From assembly GCA_963776275.1 (NCBI GenBank), contig CAVZMI010000038.1:37239-101238 (forward strand): a stretch of 64,000 nt of DNA. Reading direction: 5' to 3'. Made by a program: the position numbers and the translations under genes. This stretch comes from Ignavibacteriota bacterium (GTDB taxonomy: Bacteria; Bacteroidota; Ignavibacteria; UBA10030; CAVZMI01). The notes beneath the pieces were generated by a model. The model did not search any database. It saw nothing but the letters and a program-made list of their open reading frames with translations, and was not told the origin of the DNA. Positions 29,246 to 40,065 of the stretch are shown piece after piece (position 1 is the first letter of the stretch; every line of letters starts with the position of its first letter).

Positions 29246-30047
29246 TATTGTCACAATTTCCTTTAATCAAGCAAATTATTTAGAGCGAGCAATACTATCG
29301 GTTCTTAATCAGGGATATCATGATCTCGAATATATCCTTGTTGATGCGGGATCGACGGATGAAAGTAAAATAATTATTGATGCCAATCGTCATCAAATAA
29401 CACAAGTGATTGAGGAAACCGATAAGGGACCCGCCGACGGATTGAACAAAGGTTTCCGATGTGCTACAGGAGAAATATTCGGTTATTTGAATGCCGATGA
29501 CGAGTACCTGCCGATCACATTTCAGAAGGTAGCTGAAATATTCTCGTCCTCACCATCCGTTGATGTCTTATGTGGGGGAGGATACATCATTGATAAAGAT
29601 GGCTGCATTATTCGGAAGATTTACAGCGATACCTTCAATCGGCGGCGTTACCTATATGGCGCTGTGACCATTTTACAACAGTCGACTTTTTTTCGCCGAG
29701 AAGCATTTGTTCAAGTCGGTGGTTTCAACATCAGAAATAAAACGTGCTGGGATGGGGAATTAATTCTCTCATTCTCACGTCAGAATAAGATAATCAAGAC
29801 AGTCAACGAATTATGGTCCGCATTCCGCCTCTACGATAAATCGATTTCAGGCTCCGGACAAACATACGATCAGTATCTTCGGGATATCGAGAGATTTTTT
29901 ATTGAAGAATATGGTCGGACAATGAATCGCCGTGATCGTCTTCTGGCATCGCTGATGCGATGTGAAAAATGGCTGATGAATCCAACTGCTCTCTACAACA
30001 GGTTCCTTGATCTTTCAGGTTTTGCCCGGAGGAGATATATTCAATGA
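29235..30047 (+). CDS. Glycosyltransferase family 2
   Basis: ISIVTISFN, VDAGSTD, YLNADD. Confidence 0.9.
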   Translation: MRISIVTISFNQANYLERAILSVLNQGYHDLEYILVDAGSTDESKIIIDANRHQITQVIEETDKGPADGLNKGFRCATGEIFGYLNADDEYLPITFQKVAEIFSSSPSVDVLCGGGYIIDKDGCIIRKIYSDTFNRRRYLYGAVTILQQSTFFRREAFVQVGGFNIRNKTCWDGELILSFSRQNKIIKTVNELWSAFRLYDKSISGSGQTYDQYLRDIERFFIEEYGRTMNRRDRLLASLMRCEKWLMNPTALYNRFLDLSGFARRRYIQ

Positions 30048-31120
30048 GAGTTGCAATACTATGGAGCCATCTCTCGGGATATCTCAATTCATGTTTCCAT
30101 GCATTGGTAGAACACCACAATGCTGAACTTTTTGTTTCATATCAGATAGAATCCGGTGAAGCCCCATTCGATGCGGGAGAATTCGTATGGCTCCAGTCAC
30201 CCTACCGATTCATCGATGAACCCGATGGTCCGGAACTTCTAAAGCGATTACAGCAATTCAATCCCGAGGTTATGCTCGTCGGTTCATGGCACGTGAAGGG
30301 ATATCGCTATGTTCTCAGACATTTCAAAGGCAAGTCTTTAAGAATAATGTTCATGGATAATCAATGGCGGGGGACACTGAAACAGCGATTAGGTGTTCTC
30401 GCGTCGCCATGGTATATTCAACCGCTCTATGAAGCGGTCTTTCTCCCGGGTGAGCGGCAGGCGGTTTTTGCAAAAAGATTCGGGTTTAACGATGGTAATA
30501 TCATTCGTGGAGGATATACATGCGACCACCCGAAATTTGCCGCTGTCAGAGAACAACGCAAAAAAGATCCGACGGTATATCCTCCGGCATTTCTCTATGT
30601 CGGTCGTCTTACCGGGGAAAAAGGAATCCGCACACTGCTGGAAGCATATCGACAATACCGGACGATGATACCGGAGCCGTTTGATCTTCTCTGCTGCGGT
30701 GAGGGAGAACTTCGCGGTGAACTTCAGAATATCGAAGGGATTCATATCACAGGATTTATTCAACCCTCTGAACTCCCTGCAATATTTTCCAAAGCGAGCT
30801 GCCTTATACTTCCAAGCATCTTCGAACCCTGGGGTGTGGTAATCCACGAAGCAACAGCTGCAGGCATGGCTGTGATATGTTCTTCGAGATGTGGTGCAAT
30901 GGTCCATCTTGTCCAACCGGGATATAATGGATACGTTGTCGAATCCGGAAATGCCAATGACCTCACGCGTGCGATGCTGCGCTATTCAAAGCTCGATCCT
31001 GAAAAACGTGTCAGTATGGGGGAACACAGTTTTTCGCTTTCGCTTCAGTACACACCGATACGGTGGGCGTTGAATCTAGTATTATTTGTAGACGAATATT
31101 TTGCCGCAAAGACCCAGTGA
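30044..31120 (+). CDS. Glycosyltransferase family 4
   Basis: YVGRLTGEKG, EPWGVVIHEA. Confidence 0.9.
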   Translation: MRVAILWSHLSGYLNSCFHALVEHHNAELFVSYQIESGEAPFDAGEFVWLQSPYRFIDEPDGPELLKRLQQFNPEVMLVGSWHVKGYRYVLRHFKGKSLRIMFMDNQWRGTLKQRLGVLASPWYIQPLYEAVFLPGERQAVFAKRFGFNDGNIIRGGYTCDHPKFAAVREQRKKDPTVYPPAFLYVGRLTGEKGIRTLLEAYRQYRTMIPEPFDLLCCGEGELRGELQNIEGIHITGFIQPSELPAIFSKASCLILPSIFEPWGVVIHEATAAGMAVICSSRCGAMVHLVQPGYNGYVVESGNANDLTRAMLRYSKLDPEKRVSMGEHSFSLSLQYTPIRWALNLVLFVDEYFAAKTQ

Positions 31121-31124
31121 TTCA

Positions 31125-31826
31125 ATGAAAACGAATAAACACATCGAGAGAAAAAGAATTCTCGTTCACCTTGGGTGCGGAACCGAAGTACAACCGTCCG
31201 ACTGGATTGATTGTGATGGGAGCTGGAATGTTCTCACCGGAAAATTCCCTTCCCCTGTACGAAAAATGATATTGAAGTGCGGACAATTGACGGGAATAAA
31301 ACTTCAAGAATGGCCCCGCCATGTTCGGTTTTTCAATTTACGTAAACGTTTCCCTTTTAACGATAGTTCGGTCGATGCAATATACGCATCCCATGTCTGG
31401 GAACACCTATCAAGGTCCGATGCAGAAAAAGCGACACAGGAATCATTCCGGGTTCTGAAAGAAGGAGCATTTCTGCGTCTGGTGGTTCCTGATTTATATT
31501 ATTTTTGTCGGTCATATGTGTCATCCAATAATGAAAACGCCGCAGACCTTTTACTGGAAGAACTCCATCTTCGGGATCGTGGGGAAAAGAAATCATTACT
31601 TGTTGGCTTATATACAACAATAATCGATTTTCACAGCCATAAATGGATGTACGATGCACGATCTCTTTCGAAACTCCTGATATCTGCAGGTTTTATTGAG
31701 GTAAGTGAAAAAAAATGTTACGAAAGCGCCATTCCAGAAATACAGCAGGTGGAAAATCCGGGAAGAGTATCAAACGAAGCAGGGATTGCAATTGAAGGCA
31801 TGAAACCTCAAAATACTTCTGGCTGA
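31125..31826 (+). CDS. Class I SAM methyltransferase (Methyltransf_11-like)
   Basis: HLGCG, ASHVWEHL, RVLKEG..LVVPD, HKWMYD. Confidence 0.85.
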   Translation: MKTNKHIERKRILVHLGCGTEVQPSDWIDCDGSWNVLTGKFPSPVRKMILKCGQLTGIKLQEWPRHVRFFNLRKRFPFNDSSVDAIYASHVWEHLSRSDAEKATQESFRVLKEGAFLRLVVPDLYYFCRSYVSSNNENAADLLLEELHLRDRGEKKSLLVGLYTTIIDFHSHKWMYDARSLSKLLISAGFIEVSEKKCYESAIPEIQQVENPGRVSNEAGIAIEGMKPQNTSG

Positions 31827-31831
31827 ACCAT

Positions 31832-33016
31832 ATGATCAGCAATGATTGGTTGCGACCAATGATAAAAAAATATTTGTGGCTGATCATCGCACTTCTGATC
31901 TATCTGCCGCAAGTATTCTTTGGCTATGGAACAGATGATGACACATATCTCGTGTTAGGTGCAGCGCAAAAAACCGTGGAGACGGGAGTTTATCACCCTT
32001 CACGCAATCCGGGTTATGTGATTTTTGAGATGACAACATGGGCTCTTGACCGGCTTGGTGGAAGTATTGCGACCAACACGGGAACAATGATCATGACTAT
32101 TTTGGCACTGGGATGTTTTTATTCCATTTGCCGCCAATTCAATATCCAACACGCCTGGTATCTCCTCGGCCTATTTATGATTCATCCTTATGTGTGGTCA
32201 AACGCCGCAGCGACTCAGGATTACATGTGGGCGCTTGGAATATTTCTTTGTGGATTCCTTCTGATGATAAAGCAACGATACACACTCGGGGCCATACTTC
32301 TCGGTCTCTCTATCGGTGTGCGCCTTTCATCAGCGTTCGCCGTAATGTGTATTATTGGGTACTTCTTATTCATCCGCGCATTCAATTGGAAAAGGTTCAT
32401 TGTTGTTTGTACAATCATTGCTTTTATCTTTGCACTGAGTTACGTGCTTTCTTTCGCGAATGCAAATTGGTCGTTAAGCTTTCTGAACCCTCATATGGGA
32501 ACAAATGAAATATGGACACCACTCCTTAAAATTGGGAAAGGTATCTATAAGAGCATTTCCTTCTGGGGTATCCAGGCTGTTATCTTTCTTGTTTTTCTAT
32601 TTTTCCACATGATGCGGAATATAAATTCTTTCAAGAGTGAACGATGGAGGGCATTGTCAATACTATCACTATCCGTGGTCATTACCTATGAGATTCTCTT
32701 CTTCATCTATCCCATCGAACCAGGATATCTATTACCGATGCTCCCATTCGTTCTCTTGCTTCTAGGGTTTGGTCTGAAAACAAGACCCGTATACCATGTG
32801 ATTTTGCTGGTTTTATTATTTTCGTCTAACTTCGTGAAAATTGATATTTTGAGACCGAATTTGCCCAGGCATGCGACTCATGCAATGGTAGGGCTATGGA
32901 TAGGAGATGGACCCTTGATTCATGATCTCCGTGTGCGATATTATCTGAAAGATTGTAAGACTATTGAACAGTGGAATCAGGTTATGATAGAATTCTGGAA
33001 GAATAATCCGGAATAA
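31832..33016 (+). CDS. Polytopic membrane protein, GT-C (PMT/ArnT-like) glycosyltransferase candidate
   Basis: DDD after TM1 followed by YHPSRNPGY; many TM helices. Confidence 0.55.
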   Translation: MISNDWLRPMIKKYLWLIIALLIYLPQVFFGYGTDDDTYLVLGAAQKTVETGVYHPSRNPGYVIFEMTTWALDRLGGSIATNTGTMIMTILALGCFYSICRQFNIQHAWYLLGLFMIHPYVWSNAAATQDYMWALGIFLCGFLLMIKQRYTLGAILLGLSIGVRLSSAFAVMCIIGYFLFIRAFNWKRFIVVCTIIAFIFALSYVLSFANANWSLSFLNPHMGTNEIWTPLLKIGKGIYKSISFWGIQAVIFLVFLFFHMMRNINSFKSERWRALSILSLSVVITYEILFFIYPIEPGYLLPMLPFVLLLLGFGLKTRPVYHVILLVLLFSSNFVKIDILRPNLPRHATHAMVGLWIGDGPLIHDLRVRYYLKDCKTIEQWNQVMIEFWKNNPE

Positions 33017-33055
33017 ATAATTCAATGCTCGTTGCCGAGCCAGTATAAGGTAAGT

Positions 33056-34207
33056 ATGGGAAAGAAGCGTTTGACAATTCTTCATGTGATTGCTGGTATC
33101 GATCGTTCGAGTGGCGGAACGACAACCGCATTGAAAAATATTCTTGAGCTCGAACAACTGCTCGGATACAACCTCGATGTTCTCGCCATTCATTCAAATG
33201 ACTCAGATGAAACAATCGGTAAGTTTGCTACGCTCCATTCCTCTGTAGCGTCGTTCCCAAAACGGTTTTCACGCTCCCGGGAAGCAAACGAATGGTTTCA
33301 CAAAAATTACAAAAAATATGATCTCGTTCACATCCACGGTATTTGGTCTTTCCTTCCTTTAGAGATAGCAAACGCGGCTCGTCGCCGGCATATACCCTAT
33401 ATCATTAGTCCCCACGGGTCTCTGGATCCATTTGACCTTCAAAAAAAGAGCATCTTAAAGAAGATACTCGGACCATTATTGGTTGCACCGATTCTTAGTG
33501 CGAGTCTCGGAATGCTAGGGACTACTACAGTAGAAGCAGAGCGATTTGTAACGTATGATACTTCGCCACGTAAGTTTGCACTACCACTTCCAGTCCCAAC
33601 TCATATCATGAAAGGGAATCGGAAGCGGTTTCGAGAACGATATTCAATTGAGAAAGACGATCTTGTATTACTTTTTCTATCACGGATAAATTATAAAAAA
33701 GGATTAAATATCCTCCTCGAAGCCCTCGCAAAGATATCAAAGGATTATCCGAATTTGAGACTTATCATCGCGGGGGCTGATAGTAGAGGATATGAAATGA
33801 AGGTTAGGAGTTGGGTACTCAAGTTCAATCTTACAAAACAGGTTTTCTTCCCAGGATTCTTAAAAGATCAAGATAAATGGGATGCATTTGCGGGAAGTGA
33901 TTGTTTCATACTCCCATCGATGAATGAAAATTTTGGTCTTGCAGTTGTTGAAGCTTTAAGTGCGGGTCTGCCGGTGATAATCTCTGATAATGTATACATT
34001 TGGAAAGATATTCTTGACGCAGAATGTTCTTGGATATGTCATTATTCGACAACTTCCCTTTTTGAAGTACTAAAGCAATTTATACATCAGAAGAAAGAGC
34101 GACGACGAAAAAGTAAACACGCTCCTGAGGCTGCTGGTATGTTTGCGCCTTCGGTGCTGGCGCCACACTATCGAAAATTTTTTGAAGAAACTATATGGCG
34201 GCCTTGA
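33056..34207 (+). CDS. Glycosyltransferase family 4
   Basis: HIHGIW, SPHG, SRINYKKG, ENFGLAVVEAL. Confidence 0.9.
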   Translation: MGKKRLTILHVIAGIDRSSGGTTTALKNILELEQLLGYNLDVLAIHSNDSDETIGKFATLHSSVASFPKRFSRSREANEWFHKNYKKYDLVHIHGIWSFLPLEIANAARRRHIPYIISPHGSLDPFDLQKKSILKKILGPLLVAPILSASLGMLGTTTVEAERFVTYDTSPRKFALPLPVPTHIMKGNRKRFRERYSIEKDDLVLLFLSRINYKKGLNILLEALAKISKDYPNLRLIIAGADSRGYEMKVRSWVLKFNLTKQVFFPGFLKDQDKWDAFAGSDCFILPSMNENFGLAVVEALSAGLPVIISDNVYIWKDILDAECSWICHYSTTSLFEVLKQFIHQKKERRRKSKHAPEAAGMFAPSVLAPHYRKFFEETIWRP

Positions 34208-34872
34208 TTAGGAAAATTGTTGACCGGTTGACTAAGAAGGGGATCATTTCGAAAACTGAAATCGCAAAATTCTTACCGGCGAATCCCATTATAATTGAAG
34301 CGGGAGCTTATATTGGCAATGATACAAAAACAATGAGCAGGCAATGGCCAGATGGATTTATTCACGCCTTCGAGCCAGTTCCGTCTATTTATTCGAAGCT
34401 AGTGAGAAACGTCCGCCGGTGTAATAATGTTCGATGCTATCCGATAGCATTAGCTAAAGAGAGTGGTTTAGTACAAATCTTTATAAGCGATGGAGAGTCC
34501 ACAGCTTCCAGTTCTCTTCTTCGGCCTAAAGAGCATTTAAAATATCATCCAAAGACTGTATTCCAGAAGCCACAATTGGTCGAGTCGACAACACTTGACG
34601 ATTGGAAAAGGCGATACAATATAGAGAAAGTTGATTTCTTATGGCTTGATACACAAGGAACCGAACTCGAGATAATGAAGAATGCACCAATTGTTATGCG
34701 GGATGTTTCAGTTATATATACTGAGGTGAGTTTGAAAGAAATGTATGAAGGTTCATCATTATACGGTGAACTAAAACGATGGTTAATGGCAGAAGGTTTT
34801 GTCGTCAAGCGAGAAGAGCTCCCATGGGAAGATATGGGGAATGTCCTATTCGTTCGAACGTCGAAGAGATAA
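34195..34872 (+). CDS. FkbM-family methyltransferase
   Basis: IEAGAYIG, AFEP, LWLDTQGTE. Confidence 0.88.
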   Translation: MAALIRKIVDRLTKKGIISKTEIAKFLPANPIIIEAGAYIGNDTKTMSRQWPDGFIHAFEPVPSIYSKLVRNVRRCNNVRCYPIALAKESGLVQIFISDGESTASSSLLRPKEHLKYHPKTVFQKPQLVESTTLDDWKRRYNIEKVDFLWLDTQGTELEIMKNAPIVMRDVSVIYTEVSLKEMYEGSSLYGELKRWLMAEGFVVKREELPWEDMGNVLFVRTSKR

Positions 34873-34875
34873 ACT

Positions 34876-35148
34876 ATGTCTATTCCGGTATTAATTCTTA
34901 TACTGACCAAAGATGAAGGGATAAATCTACCCGGATGCCTTCAGTCGGTACGGTGGTCGAATGATATTCATTATCATCTTTATGATCGTTTATCGTTATC
35001 TGCAATGCTAGCGGAAGCGGGGTCCAAAGAAGTTGCGAAGGAAAATAAGTCTGAATGCGCAATCCCCGATTGGTCACGATACAAACTTGATCTCAACCAC
35101 GTAATCATCTATAATCCATCGTCATTATTCATGGAGGCCCAAAAGTAG
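34876..35148 (+). pseudogene. Chimeric relic: GT2 N-terminus fused in frame to methyltransferase C-terminus
   Basis: First ~31 aa match 36196 ORF (LILTKDE..N.PGCL.SVRWS.DI); last ~58 aa match 38368 ORF (HY.LYDR.SL..IPDW.RYKLD..Y.P.SLFMEA.K). Confidence 0.8.
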
Positions 35149-35291
35149 CATAGTGTTCTCGGTTGCATATATTTGTAAGTGCCGAGTTTACACAACTTAT
35201 CAAGATAATTTCATCTATCTTGAAGAGAATGCTTGAGTGAACTCCAAAAGGAAGCACAACTTCAAATGAACATATTTTAGAGAATTAAAAG

Positions 35292-36071
35292 ATGATATTG
35301 ATAAAATTAAGGAAAATATACAAAAAGATTTTTAGAAGAATGCAGTTATTCTTTAAACTGAAATCGATTTTTGCGTCCGGAAAAGAATATGACAAATATG
35401 TTTCAGTTTTCAATATAGAGAACAGAGCGAATGAAATTATTGAATTAAGAATAAAAGAGGCCGGCGAGTTTCCAGTTTTCGCAAGAACTAAATCGAGCGA
35501 CCTACTTGTTTTAGCCGACACTTTTCTTGGACGGTATCATGTTCCTATTGATAACATAAATCCTGTTCAGACGATATTGGATTTGGGATGTAATGTAGGC
35601 TATACACTTAGACACTATGCTTATTTGTTTCCTGATGCAACTCTATTTGGCGTTGAAATGGATATTGACAACTATAAAATGGCTTTAAATAATAATAAAC
35701 ATCTCCCAAAATGCAAAATTGTTAATTATGCTGTATGGTTTGAAGATACAACTGTAAACTATTCAGGTATCGATGAAGAATCATTTCATATTACCGATTC
35801 GCAAGGAGTACCGGTTGAAGCGAGAACCATTGACACTTTATTGAATAATTTCGGAATAACATCTATTGATCTTTTAAAGATGGATATTGAAGGCGCCGAA
35901 GAAGAAATCTTCAGGAAAAATATGGACTGGATGAAGCATGTAAAATCTATGATCCTGGAAGTGCACAATAGTAATCTGGATGTGTATTTTTCCAAACTAG
36001 GACAGGAAGGATTCGAATGTCAGGAACATCCAAAGCACTGGTCTTCAATCTGGGCAAGAAGAAAACAATAA
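35292..36071 (+). CDS. FkbM-family methyltransferase (AT-rich)
   Basis: LDLGCNVG, LLKMDIEGAE, LEVH. Confidence 0.88.
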   Translation: MILIKLRKIYKKIFRRMQLFFKLKSIFASGKEYDKYVSVFNIENRANEIIELRIKEAGEFPVFARTKSSDLLVLADTFLGRYHVPIDNINPVQTILDLGCNVGYTLRHYAYLFPDATLFGVEMDIDNYKMALNNNKHLPKCKIVNYAVWFEDTTVNYSGIDEESFHITDSQGVPVEARTIDTLLNNFGITSIDLLKMDIEGAEEEIFRKNMDWMKHVKSMILEVHNSNLDVYFSKLGQEGFECQEHPKHWSSIWARRKQ

Positions 36072-36195
36072 TGGGTGGGGAAAAAATGAAGAGGCCAAAA
36101 ATAACAAACAAAACGGATGAGAATGTCCCGGAATGGATGATGTGTGCTGGCAATCCGTGTAAACCAATCAGACACTGTGTCATTCGATCATCATA

Positions 36196-37110
36196 ATGAT
36201 GAAGAAAAAAGGAAATACTTCGAAAAAGAAAATTGTGAAGAATCCACCTCGGGAAATCCCACGACCTTCTCTCCCTGTGTCCGTTCTCATTCTGACAAAA
36301 GACGAAGAGATGAACATTCCAGGATGCCTCGAATCCGTGCGATGGTCGGATGATATCAATGTTTATGATTCATGCTCGACGGACCGTACGGTAGCGATCG
36401 CGAAATCATTTGGGGCGAAGGTAACAAAACGTCCATTCGACAACTGGTCCTCGCATCAAAATTGGGGCCTCAGAAATATTCGATTCAAATATCCGTGGGT
36501 GCTCTATCTCGACGCCGATGAACGTGCGACACCTGAGCTGATTCAAAGCATACAGAATGTAATTATTAATCCTGGAGACAATGCTGCTTTTCGAATTAAA
36601 ATTCGATATTATTTTATGAATAGGTGGCTGAAACACGCTCAGGCGACCCCTGTTTTTGTCCGTTTCTTCCGCCCCGAGAAGCTCCGTTACGAGCGACTTG
36701 TTAATCCTGTGCCTGTCGTCGACGGGCCAATTGGAGAACTTGAGGGAGCAATCGATCATTATCCCTTCAATAAAGGAATCAGTTTCTGGTTCGAACGACA
36801 TAATTCGTACAGCACGCTCGAGGCCCGGGAGATTGTTAAACAGAAGAAAGCAGGCAAAAACAATTTTAGCATTTTTAAAGCTTTCTTTGCGAGTGACTTC
36901 AACGAGAGGCGCGTTCATCAGAAACAGTTATTTTATAAATTCCCGGCTCGTCCCATTTTTAAGTTCATTCTGCTCTATTTTTTGAAACGGGGATTTCTAG
37001 ATGGTGTTCCCGGATTCATTTATAGTGTGCTCCAGTCGATATATGAATATATGATAGTTCTGAAGGTGCGCGAGCTGATGCAACAAAAGGCAGAAAACAC
37101 AAAAATTTAA
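36196..37110 (+). CDS. Glycosyltransferase family 2 (WaaE/KdtX-like)
   Basis: SVLILTKDEE, DSCSTDRT, YLDADE, RGFLDG..G. Confidence 0.9.
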   Translation: MMKKKGNTSKKKIVKNPPREIPRPSLPVSVLILTKDEEMNIPGCLESVRWSDDINVYDSCSTDRTVAIAKSFGAKVTKRPFDNWSSHQNWGLRNIRFKYPWVLYLDADERATPELIQSIQNVIINPGDNAAFRIKIRYYFMNRWLKHAQATPVFVRFFRPEKLRYERLVNPVPVVDGPIGELEGAIDHYPFNKGISFWFERHNSYSTLEAREIVKQKKAGKNNFSIFKAFFASDFNERRVHQKQLFYKFPARPIFKFILLYFLKRGFLDGVPGFIYSVLQSIYEYMIVLKVRELMQQKAENTKI

Positions 37111-37114
37111 GATA

Positions 37115-38371
37115 ATGCGAATTCTTATCTATGGTCTGAACTTTTCTCCCGAACTCATCGGTGTTGGGAAATATACCGGCGAGTTTGCAGAGTGGCTGGC
37201 ATCGCGCGATCATGAGGTGCTTGTCGTCACAGCTCCGCCATATTATCCGCATTGGAAGGTTCAAGAAGGGTACTCATCATTTCGGTACATAAAGGAATTT
37301 CATAAAAACATACAGGTTCATCGGTGTCCATTATGGGTACCACGAAAACAATCTGCTCTGAGACGCATCATCCATCTTTTATCTTTTGCACTGTCGAGTC
37401 TGCCTGTTGTAATCTGGAAAGCATATCGATTTCGTCCATCGTTAGTAATAGTTATTGCCCCTACGATACTATGTGCTCCGGGGGGGATCATTGCCGCTCG
37501 TTTGGTAAAAGCGAAATCATGGCTACATTTTCAGGACCTTGAAATCGATGCCGCATTCGGTATTTCGCTTCTGCACGGGGGATTCATTCGGGAAGTGGTA
37601 AGGAAATGCGAGCGTTGGATACTCCGTGCATTCAACCGGGTCTCGAGTATTTCTAAAAAAATGATGGAACATATCATCACTAAGGGATGCGATCCCGATA
37701 GGACTCTTATATTCCCGAACTGGGTCGATACATCGTCAATATTTCCTATTGAAGAGAAAGTAAAAATGCGAACAGATTTTAATTTTCAAAAGGACGCATT
37801 CATTGTTTTGTATTCAGGCAATATAGGAGCCAAACAGGGATTGGACTACGTCGTTGAAGCGGCCCGGTTGTTAACCGGCTATCCGGCAATTCATTTTGTC
37901 ATCGCCGGTGATGGTACGTATCGTGAAACACTCAAGTCTCTTGCCGCCGGTATGGAGAATGTCACATTCCTTCCGTTACAACCGACCGAGCGCTTCAATG
38001 AATTCCTCAACACCGCTGATGTTCACATCATATCCCAGCTTCCAGGAATCGCGGATGCTGTGATGCCTTCAAAGCTACTGGGGATATTGGCGGTTGGTGG
38101 TATAGTTGTCGCCTCCGTTCAGAAGGGAACGGGGCTTGCTTCGCTTATTGAAGAAGTCGGTGGAATTCCAACACCGCCCGGAAGTCCGCAGAGTATTGCT
38201 GATGCTCTTGTATCGCTTTATAAAAATCCCGCTCGTGGAAAACGAATGATGGAACTGGCAAGGGAGTACGCTCTGCAACATTTTGAAAAAACAAAGATTC
38301 TTGAATCTATGGAACAGCAGATCCGGACTTTTACTGCGAGTAATATTATCGACGGTAAGGTATCTTCATGA
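37115..38371 (+). CDS. wcaI: WcaI-like glycosyltransferase family 4
   Basis: YGLNFSPELIGVGKYTGE, PPYYPHW, RCPLWVP, YSGNIGAKQGL, MPSKL. Confidence 0.85.
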   Translation: MRILIYGLNFSPELIGVGKYTGEFAEWLASRDHEVLVVTAPPYYPHWKVQEGYSSFRYIKEFHKNIQVHRCPLWVPRKQSALRRIIHLLSFALSSLPVVIWKAYRFRPSLVIVIAPTILCAPGGIIAARLVKAKSWLHFQDLEIDAAFGISLLHGGFIREVVRKCERWILRAFNRVSSISKKMMEHIITKGCDPDRTLIFPNWVDTSSIFPIEEKVKMRTDFNFQKDAFIVLYSGNIGAKQGLDYVVEAARLLTGYPAIHFVIAGDGTYRETLKSLAAGMENVTFLPLQPTERFNEFLNTADVHIISQLPGIADAVMPSKLLGILAVGGIVVASVQKGTGLASLIEEVGGIPTPPGSPQSIADALVSLYKNPARGKRMMELAREYALQHFEKTKILESMEQQIRTFTASNIIDGKVSS

Positions 38372-39234
38372 AGACACTTCCATATATAAATCTTGGTTGT
38401 GGATATAAATATCATAAAGACTGGGTGAATATTGATTTATCTCCGGACAGTTCCTATGTGAAATCGTGGGATCTTCGGAAGGGGATCCCTTTTACCGAAA
38501 ATACATTCGAAGTCGTGTATCATTCACAGGTAATTGAACATTATGAGAAGGAAGAAGCACGGAAATTCATTAAAGAGTGCTATCGTGTTCTTAAACCGGG
38601 GGGAATTATAAGAATTGTTACTCCGGATTTAGAGGATATTGTCAGGAATTATTTACGTCTCCTGGAGGTGAATATTCAACATCCGACCGAATACACAACG
38701 GCAGATTATGAATGGATGCTATTGGAATTGTATGACCAGGCAGTCCGAAATGTCGTTGGCGGTGATATGGGGAAATATTTTCAACAACCGATCATCGTCA
38801 ACGAACAATTTGTTCTTGATAGAATTGGATTTGTGGGGAAAAGGATCCGTCAGTATTATTTGGACACGGTACAACATGAAAAGGACACAACCATAAAAAA
38901 TGAATTCATAAAAGCCAAATCGTTACCGAAGAAATTATTTTACAGAAGAAAACGTATTGTGTCATTTCTACGGGAGAAGGTAATTAATTTAGTCCTGACC
39001 AGAGAAGAAAAAGAATATCTCGTAATTGGAAAATGTCGACAGAGTGGTGAAATACACTATTGGTTGTACGATAGATTTTCCCTGGGGAAGTTACTGCGCG
39101 AATCAGGTTTTAGGGATATTAAGACAATGAACCCTCACCTGAGCGACATTCCAGATTGGGATCGATACAAATTAGATGTTAAAAACGAAGAAGTTTACGA
39201 TCCAACATCACTTTTTATGGAAGCAAGAAAATAG
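38368..39234 (+). CDS. Class I SAM methyltransferase (Methyltransf_11-like)
   Basis: NLGCG, DLRKGIPF, HSQVIEH, RVLKPGG..TPDLE. Confidence 0.88.
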   Translation: MKTLPYINLGCGYKYHKDWVNIDLSPDSSYVKSWDLRKGIPFTENTFEVVYHSQVIEHYEKEEARKFIKECYRVLKPGGIIRIVTPDLEDIVRNYLRLLEVNIQHPTEYTTADYEWMLLELYDQAVRNVVGGDMGKYFQQPIIVNEQFVLDRIGFVGKRIRQYYLDTVQHEKDTTIKNEFIKAKSLPKKLFYRRKRIVSFLREKVINLVLTREEKEYLVIGKCRQSGEIHYWLYDRFSLGKLLRESGFRDIKTMNPHLSDIPDWDRYKLDVKNEEVYDPTSLFMEARK

Positions 39235-39247
39235 TAGAGATGCCTAA

Positions 39248-39940
39248 ATGAGAAGAAAACGACAAGTAAAACCAAACTATGGTGTTATCGATCATTATCT
39301 CGGTGAAAAAGGCCGTGATTACTTTGCCTGGCAAGGAGAAGATGGCATCACGCAAGCACTTTTTAATATACACCTGTGGCAACCTTTTATCTCACATGAT
39401 GACGATATCCTCGATTTCGGATGTGGTGGTGGTTTCTTGCTTAAGGTTCTTGATGGAAGAAAAAAGGTCGGCATTGAAATTAATCCTTATGCAAGAGAAA
39501 ATGCACAGAGACTTGGAATCGAAATATATTCTACCATTAATGAAGTAGAAAACAAGTTCGATAAGATTATCAGCAGTCATGCTCTTGAACACATCCCTCA
39601 TCCAAGACAGGTGCTGATGGAGTTAAAAGAGAAGCTGCGCGATGAAAAAAGCCGCCTACTACTGCTATTGCCATTAGATGATTGGAGGTCGGGTACAAAT
39701 AGGTATTACAATCCGGCAGATCAGAATATGCACCTTCATACCTGGACTCCCCAGCTGTTAGGTAACTTAATCAGCTCTTGCGGAATGAGGGTGATTGATA
39801 TCCGTCTGATACGGCATGCATGGCCTCCAAAGAAAGATTTATTATGGAAGATTTCTCATACAGTATTCCATGCGGTTGCTTTTGGGTGGTCAGTTTTGAG
39901 AAAACAGCGTCAACTATTTTGTATAGCATCGCTGAAATAG
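39248..39940 (+). CDS. Class I SAM methyltransferase
   Basis: LDFGCGGG, SHALEHIPHP. Confidence 0.87.
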   Translation: MRRKRQVKPNYGVIDHYLGEKGRDYFAWQGEDGITQALFNIHLWQPFISHDDDILDFGCGGGFLLKVLDGRKKVGIEINPYARENAQRLGIEIYSTINEVENKFDKIISSHALEHIPHPRQVLMELKEKLRDEKSRLLLLLPLDDWRSGTNRYYNPADQNMHLHTWTPQLLGNLISSCGMRVIDIRLIRHAWPPKKDLLWKISHTVFHAVAFGWSVLRKQRQLFCIASLK

Positions 39941-40065
39941 CCATTTATCGTAAATGAATTGGTAATCAACAAGTTTGGTTTCTCACACAATTTTTCCTAT
40001 CTTTTAAAAAAGGGGAGCAAGACTCACTTTATTCCCGGGAGTCGTGAGACATAAATAAGGGAGCA

